From NCBI GenBank assembly GCA_035221665.1, contig CM069147.1:14508001-14572000 (forward strand): DNA of 64,000 nucleotides. Reading direction: 5' to 3'. Position numbers and translations under genes: made by a program. This document shows, piece by piece, positions 1 to 11,343 of the stretch. The notes beneath the pieces are model-generated. The model ran no database searches and was not told the origin of the DNA. It was given only the letters and a program-made list of their open reading frames with translations. Source of the DNA: Okamejei kenojei. Taxonomy: Eukaryota. Every line of letters starts with the position of its first letter. The stretch's first letter is position 1.

Positions 1-299
1 GAAGGACGAATAATAAAACTGGAAACTTAAGAAATAGGAATAAGGAACAGCTCGGTACCCATTAAATAAAAGCATTCAAGTTCATGATCAAGTTCAATAA
101 ATTGTGATAGTGGTAAACTTTTCTCATTTACACCTACTCTAGACTATGCCTTTTCATTACGTCTCCTGTTTCCATCTTTCTTTGCCTGGCACCATTATCA
201 GTTTTGCCATTTAATCACGCCCTTCATCTAACCTCTCACAGAGCTGTCTTTTTGGTGTTTTTTCTCCCATTTTATCTGCTTTTCTGGTATTATTTCGTA

Positions 300-395
300 T
301 GTTTTCTTGTTCTGATAAAAGTGCATTGACATGAAATGTTGTCTCCAATTCTCTATAGATACTACCCAACTTGCTGAATATTTCCAGCATTTTAT
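300..395 (+). mobile_element. Degenerate hammerhead-type (Penelope-like) short repeat
   Basis: ctgataaaag...gacatgaaatgtt...agatactacccaacttgctgaatatttccagcatttt. Confidence 0.45.
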
Positions 396-574
396 TTATT
401 CCCTACTCTTTGGCAAAAGTGAACTGATCCAGACCTGCAATTTCAGAGGGCCAATCAACAAACCTTGTGCCTTCTTAAGACCGCAATAAGAATCATGGCT
501 GCATTTCACTAATCCTAAACTAATCCCACTTTATTGTCTTCATATTTCCCTAAAATCCTTCCCTATTCTATCGC

Positions 575-775
575 TGACCTACACACAGTTTAAAATGGAC
601 AACTAGTCTACCAACCTGCACATCCTTGTGCAAGGAAAGTGGTACACCTGTAGGAGATCTATGCAATTGTGAAAAAGAACAAGCAAACTCCACACAGAAA
701 GCGCCCGAGGACAGGACAGTACCTAGTGATTGAAAATATGAGACGGCAGCTTTACTGGCTGCACCACTGCACCAT
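575..775 (-). mobile_element. HE1/V-SINE, degenerate
   Basis: Reverse complement of the tRNA head (gcagtggtgcagccagta) and body (ggagtttgc...acagg). Confidence 0.6.
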
Positions 776-795
776 TCCAAGTCTAAATTCCTTAC

Positions 796-951
796 CTCAA
801 TGCCTTCTTTGTTGATCGCATATTCATCAAAGTTGAGAATGGCATTTTTGATAATATGTACTGGAGGTAACACCGTAAGACCAATGTTAATCGCATTACT
901 TCTCTTTGGATCCAGTATGATTAATCCTTGCTTTTTGGCATCTCCTCCTTT
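796..951 (-). CDS. FHOD1: FHOD exon, FH2 domain ([52 protein letters not shown])
   Basis: 156 nt, phase 0-0; acceptor ttctag|AAA, donor GAG|gtaagg; FH2 motif [14 protein letters not shown]. Confidence 0.95.
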
Positions 952-1524
952 CTAGAAGTTAAGACATTACAATGTGTTAAGTCAATGTGTACATTAAAAA
1001 TATCTTTAAGTGCAATAGTCGTTGTACCACCAGGCTGTCAGTAACGCCCACCTCATGTCTTCATCCATGCTGCACTCATCCCAATCACCTGACCTCCTTG
1101 CAGATTTGACTGCAAAACCAATCTATAGTTCATCCTTACATTAATTATCAATATATGTTCAACAGATTCAAATGAAACTCTTATCAACTGCTTTGCAGAG
1201 AGGAAGTTGGTGAATCCTTTCCACCCCAATTTCCTGCACATCAGCTTCCCCAGATCAGATTTTTTTGGAAGAACGGGATTACAGAAAAACTCATGGAGCA
1301 GCAGAAGAAATTGTTCCATGTGGCCAGCTAGGCCCTGTGGAAGCATATTGCCTGTGTGATGCAGCAAACTCTATTTCTTTAGTAATCAAATGTTCAATTT
1401 TTATAATAATGTATTTTTATCATGTATTATGAAAATTTCATCCTTTTCCCACGTAACAGTTCAATTTAGTTTTTAACCCCGTTAATATATGGGAATCACA
1501 AATTAGTCAGAACAAACAACATGA

Positions 1525-1797
1525 GCTTACAGTACCAGACATCCACGTTCAATCCTGACTATGGATACTGTCTGTACAGAGTTTATACATACTCCTCGTG
1601 ACCGCGTTGGTTTTCTCCGGGTGCTCTGGTTTCCCCCCACATTCCAAAGACGTGCAAGTTTGTAGGCTAATTGGCTTCGGTAAAAATTGTAAATTGTCAC
1701 AAGTGTGTAGGATAGTGTTAGTGTACGGAGTGATCGCTGGTTGGCACAAACTCGGAGGGCCAAAGGGCCTGTTTCATGCTGTATCTCTAAACCAAAC
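1525..1797 (+). mobile_element. HE1/V-SINE (tRNA-derived)
   Basis: B-box-like gttcaatcc, shared body, 3' end gggcctgtttcatgctgtatctctaaacc. Confidence 0.8.
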
Positions 1798-3844
1798 AAC
1801 ATGATCTATCTCAGAGATAACTGTGATGCAGACAAAGTGGCTACTGTACTCAAGGACTGGATCTAATTACTTGTAACATAATTGCTCCCTTTGGTAAGTT
1901 TGGTTAGCATGCAACAAAAGCTTTTCACTGTATCTCGATACACGTGACAATAAACTAAACGGAACTGAGATGTTGAATAAATGTTATATTTATTGGTTTC
2001 TTGAAAATCTTAAGCATTTGTGTAACGCACCATGTGCCTTACATTACAACATGACTACTCCTCACAAGTCCCTCGTTAAGGATGTAGCTATGGAACATCA
2101 TGAGGTCATGACTAATGGCAGAGAAGCGCAGTCAGAAAAGTTTTTCTTTCAGGCCAAGATTCAGAAAAGGCGCTGATCTTTGCAAGTGCACTTCCACAGA
2201 GTCCGTACGTTACGAGTGGAAAATAAGTTCATCCTTTTGCACGCCAACAATTCAGATGAATACAGCCATTTTACAACCTCTATGTTTAACGTCATGAGTT
2301 TTCAAAGCCAAATGAAGAATCCCTCCATTGTGGGATATTGTAAAATAAGACCAAGCCTTTCCTTTTCATGCTCATTCAGAAAATGAAATACGTGTGCACA
2401 TGATTATTTGAAGTTGACAGCTCTACATGTTTATCTAATGAGTGGGGTTTAGCCCAGCCAGATGCTGCAGTGAATCACGGTTTGGTGCAGAACTAGTTAC
2501 AGCCACTATTACTGCCTCCAAGCCTTAGGACAATTGTGGCATCCTGTTGAATGTACATGTGAGTAGATACTGGATGACCTCAGAAACAGGCTCTGCTGTA
2601 AGGCTTTTGTGGTCAAAATGCTTGTTGACGCTCACCAACAAATCTGGGATTTCGAATGACTATTGTGCAAGAAACTTCATACTGCTCGTCTGGTCAGTTC
2701 CCGAGAAAATAAAGTTGGATTGACTTTAAAGCATCTTTCATGATGTCAAGATATTACAAGCTGCATTTATACCAAATGAAATATAGCTGTCATCCAAGGA
2801 GCATAAAGACCCATCCTAAGCTAATAAACGCAGCAATCAAAATATTCGTACCCTTCCAGTCCATGTTTGAAGTTTCAACTAAACCTTTAATTGATGTTCA
2901 ATCACTTTATCCCAGCAATGTTCTCATGGTAGACAACAACAATCATAAGAGAACATCTTAACCTAATAGTCTACAACCTGTGCAAACACAGCAGCTCACA
3001 CTGATTTCTTAACTCATTTACTCTTCAAGTAATAGATTGTAAAACAGACCACTAGTAATCCACAGTAACCTTTTTTTAAACAATTTTACAAGCCAGCATG
3101 GTTCTCATTGGTGCTTGAACAGAACATCGGTTCTTCTGCAAGTTCCTCCCAACTACTTGAATATTTATTACTCCAAGACAGATATCTTTATTCTTTCAAA
3201 TATTTTAAAATTCATCTATTAACAAATGTAAAACCTGGGAGTAATTATTATGACATTTTATTGCTTCCTTAAGCATATTTGGGGCCAGAAATCTTGGAGT
3301 TTTAGTTTCCCCAAAGACCAAAATCATCACTATCAGAAGGATCTATGTTCCAGGCCGTGGCTTTAAAAAGGTTTTCGTTATTTTAGTAGGAAATGATTCA
3401 GAGAGTGAGGAATTAGTTTGTGCAGAAACCAGAGAGTTCATGCGAGCCTGCAACCAGCCCTCTTTAATTTTGCCGATGAGTTCACAAGGAATTTGCTTTG
3501 GGTAATACTCATCAGGAATTCCAGCTACATCTTGCGTCACTGCAGAAGATGGATATGTATTTTAACATTAGTCAGCAGTGTGCCCAATTATATTTATTCA
3601 TTTGCAATCTATTTTCTCTCCTCTCTGCCAGGGCATCGGGAGCAATAATCTGTGGTTAACCCAAGACAAGCCCTTTGTAAAAAAGTTCTTAATGTTGACC
3701 ACTCTAACACGATGCATTGAAGCCGCTGATCGGCAGCAAGGAAATCATCCACATTTACATTACTTTGCACGCCTCTCCCAACCTCCACAGTCAATCTTAC
3801 TGAATAAGCTGGCCTTGTTGAAACTTTATAATTGTGGTATATTA

Positions 3845-4010
3845 CACTGGTAACAGGGTATGTTTTGGGAGCATCCTACATAGATTTGTAATTCCATACA
3901 ATTACATGAATATTTACATACTGTATTAACAGAATAATTTATTTGCATCACACTCTATGAACCCATCACTAACGTTGGAATAAGGTAGAAACCAACAAAA
4001 TCGCAAACAA
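3845..4010 (+). repeat. Unclassified dispersed repeat, copy 1 (copy 2 at ~58778-58915)
   Basis: Shared blocks cactggtaac..g.tatgttttggga and catgaatatttacatactgtat. Confidence 0.6.
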
Positions 4011-4796
4011 GCAAGTGTAAAGTTTGAAGACATTGGAAAAACAGTTTCTTGTGGATGGGTGCTTGATAGTTGATAGTACAGGAAAAGTGGGCTTAGATGC
4101 CTATTTCTATGCTATAGGACTCCATGAGCCTTGGATAAAATAAAAGGAACAGATTCCAGGGGAACAGCATAACAGCATAAAGAGTATTCTACTGAGAAGG
4201 CCAGATAACCGAACGAATATAATCGCCTCAGTCTATCAATTTTTATTAGATGAGGTTCAATAGAAGGGGAGGAAAGGAGAAAATGGAAAGAAATATACAG
4301 TGATAATTGTGTATATCTTTTTAAAAAGTATATTTATTTCTGTTTGTCTCAAAAGAAGCTCACTGTTACTGGTGGCACCAAAGGCCACGGAATTGCCCAT
4401 TGACTCATTGACATTCGCTCTTAAATAGGTTAGTTCCTGCATATTTAAGTGCAACAAAATGTTTGCCTGCCATGATAGCACACTGTTTGGCCACTGAGTA
4501 GCACATGAATGATCATTTCAGATTCAGGACCAGGGTGAGATGGGGGGAGTGGGTGACACATGATGACCAGTAGTTGTGGAACTGAAGGAGACTGGGGGAG
4601 GGAACGACTAACTAGACACTGGTGCTTTGAGAGACTAGTTGGTCAGATCTATGAAAGTGCTGGGGCTTGTGTCATTCAGGGTGTGAAGGTCAGTGTCAGA
4701 GAAGTACCATGTGACTTGACTAAGTCAGTCCACTGGGATACCCAAATAATGATTGCTTTTGATTGCATATTTGAATGGCCCAGAGAAAAGTTTTGC

Positions 4797-5330
4797 TTTT
4801 AACAAGAGCGGAGAAATTTTGAAACACGACAAATACGTCCCAGCATGCCGTAGCCACACCCGACAGCGGGACTGGCTTGCCCACTGCGGAACCGGGAGCC
4901 CGGCCAATGTGGGAAGCTGCCGAGCCCGGCCCCTACTCACCCCGTGTAGAGAGTCAAGTCGGATGAGGACCCAGTAAGCACTCTGGCTGCTGGAGGCAGC
5001 GCAGAGACTTGCCGGTGGGGTGGACCGCTGGAGGCCCTGCAACAGCCTGGACCAGAATGGACTGTGGGCCAGATGTGGTCTGCAGCGGCACAGAATGGTG
5101 GAACAGTGGTGGAGGACTCCAACAGCTACGCTTGGCCAGGCTGGCCCTACGTTGTCCTCACCAGGAGAACAGGCCTTCATGGTCGTTTTAACAACTCTAC
5201 ACATATAACAACTGGGACTTGAATGCCAATTCTGGTGACTCTGTAAACTGTCTCAATGTACTACTACAATGCACATGTACTGTATCTGAGATGCTTATTC
5301 AGAATGTATATAAGCGCTTATGTATAGTGA
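4797..5330 (+). repeat. GC/CpG-rich unclassified repeat
   Basis: Abrupt GC-rich block in an AT-rich intron; no recognisable protein in the overlapping ORFs. Confidence 0.35.
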
Positions 5331-5819
5331 TAATTGTGCAGAATCCAAGTGGGTCCATTATCGCCCAGAGAGTGAGGAGTACCTGGAATGCATTGCCATG
5401 GAGATTGTTGACAGCAGTATTGCTAACATGCAAGTTGACCACTTGGTTCACCCTGACATTGAAGGCTCCAGGCCAAGTGCTGGTACATGGGATTGATACA
5501 GTTGTAATGCCCACTCAGAGTGGACCCGATGGGCCGAATGGCCTGCTTCCATGCTATATGACTCTATTTCCCATAATCATAATCAATTTTACAATATGAA
5601 AAGTTTCAAATATCTTTCCGAAATCATTGCAGAAAACATTTATCGCCTACTGACCCTGAGAGCAGCATTCCAATATTTGCACATATAAACCTGCTGTACA
5701 TGCAATTAAATGTTTTTATTCCATTTGAAACCGAATCAGAAATTAACCATTCAATTCCAAATTGAAGCCACAGATTATGAAAATCTTTGGAATGCAGCAG
5801 ATTCTATTTTCCTTTATTA

Positions 5820-6245
5820 CAGGTATATGGAGTTTAGGAGGATGAGGGGAGACCTCTTGAAACTTACTGAATAGTGAAAGGCCAGGGTAGAGTGATTGTA
5901 GAGAGGAGAGAGTGAATGTGGAGAGGATGTTTCCACTAGTGGGAGAGCCTAGGACCAGAGGCCATAACTTCAGAATAAATGTATGTACCTTTAGAATGGA
6001 GATGAGAAGGAATTTATCTAGTCAGATGGTGGTGAATCTGTGAAATTTGTTTCCACAGACAGCTGCGGATGCTAAGTCAATGGATGTTTTCCAAGGTGGA
6101 GATTGACAGATTCTTAATTAGTACGGGTGCCATGGGCTATGGGGAGTTGGCAAGAGAATGGGGTTGAGGAGGAAAGATAGATCAGCCATGATTGAATGGC
6201 GGAGTGCACTCGATGGGCTGAATGGCCTTGTTTTGCTCCTATATA
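5820..6245 (+). mobile_element. CR1/HER1 LINE 3' fragment, old
   Basis: Degenerate ORF2 end plus 3' UTR gatcagccatgattgaatggcgg; ends ~25 bp from the FH1 exon donor. Confidence 0.8.
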
Positions 6246-6270
6246 TGTGAATATATAATTCAGCCCTTAC

Positions 6271-7184
6271 CTTTGTAGGTAGTTCCTTGGCTTTAGATTC
6301 AAACAAGTGTTCCAATTTAGTGGTGTCCACAGTCACTTTATCCAAGGAAGCCCAGACTGTTCCACGGCCAAATTTACAGCTCCTGAAAGGGCCTTCTGGC
6401 TGCTTTAGTTCCTTCCAGAAGAGCTTAACGGTTTTTCTTTTATTTGCAAATGCAGAGACTGCTCCGTGCGGCGATGATAAATTAGATGATGGAGGTGGGG
6501 GAGGGAGAGGGGGGCTTGGAATTTGTCCAAAGGATGGTGGCGGAGGGGGAGGGGGAGGTGGAGGTGGACACCCGGGAGGTGGTGGAGGAGGAGGAGGAGG
6601 AGGAGGAGGAGGTGGTACATGTGGAACCATCGAACTACTCGGTAATGGAGCAGTTTGTTTATTGGCCGCACCAGGGTCTGCATCCAGAACATCTGTGTCC
6701 TCCTCATCTCGGAGATCTGTGAAGTCCAAGTCTTTGATCTTCAGCTCTCTGGGACTTGCTTCAAGTTGATCCCACATGTATTCAGAGTCTTTCTTCAATG
6801 GCATAATTATGGGAGACTTCTCCCCATTCTTCTCATTCAGTTCGGCATCAATGCTAAACTGTTCCTTCAAAACCTTGATCTGAGGTTCAGCAAATTTCTC
6901 CACCGTGGCTTTTACATTCCCAGGGATGCTTTCAATTGCAGGTTTCTTTGGGCTTTCCACATTCTGATGGATGTCCTGCCAGGAAAAGCCTTTGATCAAA
7001 TTCTCCGCGGATTCCGCCAGAGTCTCCTCTGAGAGTTTTTTCTCGCTCGCAGTAGGGACCTCTTCCTGGGTTACTTGCAGGCTGCTGGGCTCGGATTTTG
7101 CATACAACATGTCCAGCATGAATTTTTTGTCATTGGAGAGAGCACTGCACTGATCCAAACTGGACTGACGGATGAGACACGGTC
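6271..7184 (-). CDS. FHOD1: FHOD large exon: [16 protein letters not shown], polyproline FH1, start of FH2 ([13 protein letters not shown]...[15 protein letters not shown])
   Basis: 914 nt, phase 1-0, inside ORF 6118..7194; tandem acceptor cagcag (7187 or 7184); donor AAG|gtaagg. Confidence 0.95.
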
Positions 7185-7924
7185 CTGCTGCCAAACAAAA
7201 GAAAGCATTGTAATGGCCCTTTGATGTTCAAAAGCAAGTAAAGAGGTTACACAGCTTTTCAACCTAAGATTCAAACCCAAAACAAACAAATTCAGGATCA
7301 CAGTAAATCAATAACATTTGCTTACTTCTGTGGTGGCCAATATTGGAACAAACTTCCGAATTTCCACAAGCTACCATTTTGAAGTCAGGGAAGAAAAATA
7401 ATACTACTCTTCTGAACAGCAAAAGTAAAGTGGAAGTGTTGCTGCAAGTCCCACTGTGGGCTCTGAGTGGAGTGCACAAAGTGAGGAGAAACTAAACAGA
7501 GTGAAACATTTGTTTTGCACCGAGCAAGAACGTGACCATCTGATCTAAACAATTCACATACTTTTTTAACATAAACTTCAAATTACAAGTAATTTACTTT
7601 TCCCTGAGCTAGGGAGTAGCAACTAAGTGTATTGCCTGGCAAATATCCAAGAGCTTTCTTGATCATATCAAAAACCTCTGGTACTATTAAAAAGCAACAA
7701 GTCTCCTGAACTAATTAAGAAAATAAAGCAATGGTGGGTATAGTGAAGGGGTGCAAAATCATCACCTGAAGTTATTGATGAGATTGAGCTTTACAGAAGT
7801 AGCTTTTTTTCACTATTTATGGAGGAATGTCTATCCTCGCAGTTTGCAAGACCGTTAGTAGCAGATGTTCCTACAGTACGCTCATGGGGAATGAACGGAT
7901 ACTGAAAGATGCAATCTTTCTTGC

Positions 7925-8068
7925 CTGTCTCGTTATCGCCCGCCTGTCTGTCTTCTCTCTCTTCCCTCTCCAACGTACTGCTGGTGGAAGAGCTGCTGGA
8001 GGCTGAACATGGCTCTCTTTCATTTAACGCTTCATTCTGTTGTTCCTTTTCACTTAGCACCTCAACTG
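7925..8068 (-). CDS. FHOD1: FHOD exon (VEVLSEKEQQNEALNEREPCSASSSSSTSSTLEREEREDRQAGDNET)
   Basis: 144 nt, phase 1-1; resembles the FHOD3 segment LSEKERQNEGVNERDNCSASSVSSSSSTLEREE; acceptor ttctttccagcag; GC donor AG|gcaag. Confidence 0.88.
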
Positions 8069-8429
8069 CTGGAAAGAAGAATGATATGGTTTACTGAACC
8101 TCTGTGTAGCTCTGTGTATTTTCAGGATCAGTCATCCTCTCAGTTAACAGTGTGGAAAAAACCCCTCGGTTGTCATCAACACATCGTGATATGTCCCAAT
8201 ATTCCGTTCGCTCAGAAGCAACAACTCAGAATTTATTCATCGAACAAACTACTAAAATAACAGCTGATTAGGCCGGCATAAATGTCCATAGTTGGTACTG
8301 AGTCACACTAATCAACTTGTTTCTTAGGAGTGACTATTGGTCTTGGCATTTAGCTACACTTAACTATGATAACAGTTTGGGTACGAGAGTTTACCTTCAG
8401 ACAGCCAGTGGAGTACCAGAAAAATAAAC

Positions 8430-8785
8430 AATCTGCAAATGCTGGAAATCTGAAATAATAACCAAAAATGCTGGAAACATTCAGCAGGTCAGGCAGCATT
8501 TGCGAAAACAGTTAATGATTTAGGTCTGAGACTCTTCATCAGAACTGGGAACGGGAGAAAACAAATAATTTTTGATCAAAACACAAAGTGCTGGAGGGAC
8601 TCAGCGTGACAAGCAGCTCTGTGGAGGGAATGGAAATGGTGACATTTGGGGCCGGGACCCGGGTTGGCAGAAGGGCCACAACAGGAAACATCGTCAATCC
8701 ATTTTCTCCGCAGATGCAGCTTGACCTACTGAGTTCCTCCAGTACTTTATAGTTTGCTCAAGTATCCGCAAGTCTTTGTTTCACC
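8430..8785. mobile_element. Two degenerate hammerhead-type short repeats, one palindromic
   Basis: ctgcaaatgctgg...ttcatcaga, and acacaaagtgctggagggactcagc...gagttcctccagtactt. Confidence 0.6.
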
Positions 8786-8993
8786 AAATCATTTTTAATA
8801 ACAGACTAAGTGGGAGAAGGTTAGGAAGAAGAAGGGGAGCATTTCCAATTGAGTTAAACAAAGTGAGTTAACGTGGCTGGTAAAGCATATTATGTTTCTT
8901 TGCCTGTGTTATGTATTGCTAACAGCAAGGCTGTGGGATATGCCCTGCAAGATAGGCCGTACAAAAAATCCCGAGCCATATCAGAGTAAGTTA

Positions 8994-9302
8994 GGGCAGC
9001 ACCGTGGCGCAGCGGTAGTGTTGCTGCCTTACAGCACTGGCAGCACCGGAGAGCCGGGTTCGATCATGACTACTGGTGCTGTTTGTACTGAGTTTAGACG
9101 TTCTCCCCGTGGGTTCTCTCCGAGATCTTCAGTTACCTCCCACACTCCAAAGACGTACAGGTTTGTAGGTTAATTGACTTAGTATAAATGTAAATTGTCC
9201 CTAGACTGTGTAGGATTGTGCTAATGTGCGGAGATCCATGGTCGGTACGGACTCGGTGGGCTGAAGGGCCTGTTTCCGCGCTGTATCTCTAAACTAAAAC
9301 TA
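8994..9302 (+). mobile_element. HE1/V-SINE, near full length
   Basis: A-box tggcgcagcggt, B-box ggttcgatca, tail tctctaaactaaaactaa. Confidence 0.85.
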
Positions 9303-9373
9303 AGTGGGATGGGGTTTTAGGATAATCCAGTTGTTTGATGCTTGCTGTTATTGAGACCAGCTATTATCCTCAT

Positions 9374-9691
9374 AGCCCTGTCCCACTGTACGAGTTCATT
9401 CAAGTGCTTTCCCGAGTTAAAAAAAAAATCAAACTTGTGGTAAGCACGTGGAATGAACGTAGTGGGTACGTCGGAGCTCGGGGACGTCTCTTAGCAGCTC
9501 GTGTCGCTAACGGCAGGTACTCAGGAAGCGCGTTAAAGCTCTTGAAGACTCGTGAAGATTTTTCAACATGTTGCAAAATGTCCACGAGAGCCCCGTGCAT
9601 TTACGAGCGGCCATTCCCGTAAATCTCCGTGTTCGAATCAGGGCAAACTCGGGGAGAACTCTTGAATGAACTCATACAGTGGGACAGGGCT
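9374..9691. mobile_element. PIF/Harbinger-type MITE
   Basis: TIR agccctgtcccactgtacgagttcattcaag / cttgaatgaactcatacagtgggacagggct, followed by TTA. Confidence 0.8.
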
Positions 9692-10833
9692 TTAACTCCA
9701 TTTTCCTTTTAATCATACAAATTTAAATTCCTCAGCTGACACAGTGGGATGTGAAGCGTCGAGACCCATCTTCAGACAAAGGTCTGAAGAAGTCAAGGGT
9801 CTGAAGGGTCACGAGGAAGAGACAGATCCTCACAGTAAATGCCAACGTTCTGCGCTGTTAGTCAAAAGTGCAGTATATTTTTCTTAAAATGTCAATTTGA
9901 TCTTGCAGAGAAAAAAATCTTTACAAAGTTCCGATATGTTATTTTTCAAACGATCTCCGGCAAAATTTGTTGTCATGTTAACAGTAAGAGGCAATTAGGC
10001 ATTCTTGAAGATCATCATAACTGGTATGTCATCCCTGTGTGACCCCTTAAACTTCCCCTTCAATGTTGTATATACAGTACTGACAAATATACAACCGTAC
10101 AGTAGCTTCAGTACTGTTTGTGGGTGAGGGAGGGAGTACGGTATGAATGCCTAGAAACATAACCACAGAATGCTTTTATTTACCCCAGTGTTACACAATT
10201 AAAATAGTTCCCCCTCCCTCTCCCCCTCCAAAACTGAAGTGCCATAGCGACTGTTTCCAATTTGCTCTGAGTCATCCTGATGATGGACACTCATGACCAT
10301 GACATGCAAGAAATCAGTAGGAAGGAACTGCAGACGCTAGTTTACACTGAAGATAGACACAAAATGTTCATAAGTGATAGGAGTAGAATTAGGCCATTGT
10401 CTACTCTGCCATTCAATCAAGAGTAACTCAGCGCAGACCTCCCAACATTTGATTGTCAAAATTCATAATATTTCCCCTCAAAATTCATATTTTTAAATGA
10501 AAATTCATAATATGTCGCGGCGCCCTATTCGGGGTCCCATGTCACAAATTCTAAATTGTGAAGAAGTATTTTAAATGCCAAAATGTGAAAAAGGTACATG
10601 TATGCTGAAACATTTATAATTCTTTGTTAAACTTTGATAAACTTGGCACTAGACTCACCTTAATTTCTCTCACTTGGGGTTGTTGCCGGCGGCTATGCGC
10701 CTGCGCACTGGTGCAGATCAGCGGGCTGCCGGCGGGCGGGTGCGGCACATGCGCACTTGGCCAGGTTGCCGGCGGGTCTGCGCCTGCGCACTGGGTGGGG
10801 GTGGGGGGGGGGAGGCCCGGTGATGGGGCTTTA

Positions 10834-11042
10834 AAGAAGGAACTGCAGATGCTGGAGAATCTACACAAAAAGCTGGAGAAACTCAGCGGGTCAGCAGCAT
10901 CTAAGGAGCGAAGGAGATAGGCGACGTTTCGGGTCGAGACCCTTCTTCTAGCTGAAGAAGGGTCTCGACCCGAAACGTCGCCTATCTCCTTCGCTCCTTA
11001 GATGCTGCTGCACCCGCTGAGTTTCTCCAGCTTTTTGTGTAC
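10834..11042. ncRNA. Palindromic repeat with a minimal hammerhead-ribozyme core (putative), intact on + at 10952-10979
   Basis: CTGAAGA-A-GGGTC.TC.GACCC-GAAA-CGTC inside a near-perfect ~90-bp-arm inverted repeat. Confidence 0.6.
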
Positions 11043-11169
11043 CCCCGGTGATGGGGCTGCCGCGAGCGGCCGGCTGGCGGCCGGCTGGCGGCAAGAAAGT
11101 GCCGCTGATCGCGCGGGCCGGCGCCGCCCGGGCTCTGGGCCGGGCGTGGCGTGGCTCGAAATGGCGCCA

Positions 11170-11343
11170 GGCCCGGCAACCCTCCCCCACTGCGCACGCG
11201 CGGCCACTGGGGCCCGGCAACCCTCCCCCACTGCGCACGCGCGTCCACTGGGGCCCGGCAACCCTCACCCACTGCGCACGCGCGGCCACTGGGGCCCGGC
11301 AACCCTCCCCCACTGCGCACGCGCGGCCACTAGGGCCCGGCAA
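11170..11343 (+). repeat. 40-bp GC-rich minisatellite, ~4.3 copies, inside the DNA transposon
   Basis: Unit ggcccggcaaccctcccccactgcgcacgcgcggccactg. Confidence 0.9.

Noticed and set aside
3343-3853. Short ORFs in the FH2 intron
   Set aside because: No FHOD or other domain similarity, and the flanking exons already join in frame.
6287-7032. Gly-rich and Glu-rich + strand ORFs
   Set aside because: Antisense shadows of the polyproline FH1 exon.
8994-9075. tRNA gene
   Set aside because: The A/B boxes belong to the tRNA-derived head of an HE1 SINE; no proper cloverleaf.
11170-11343. Regular repeats as a possible CRISPR array
   Set aside because: Head-to-tail 40-bp units with no unique spacers, eukaryotic context, no cas genes.
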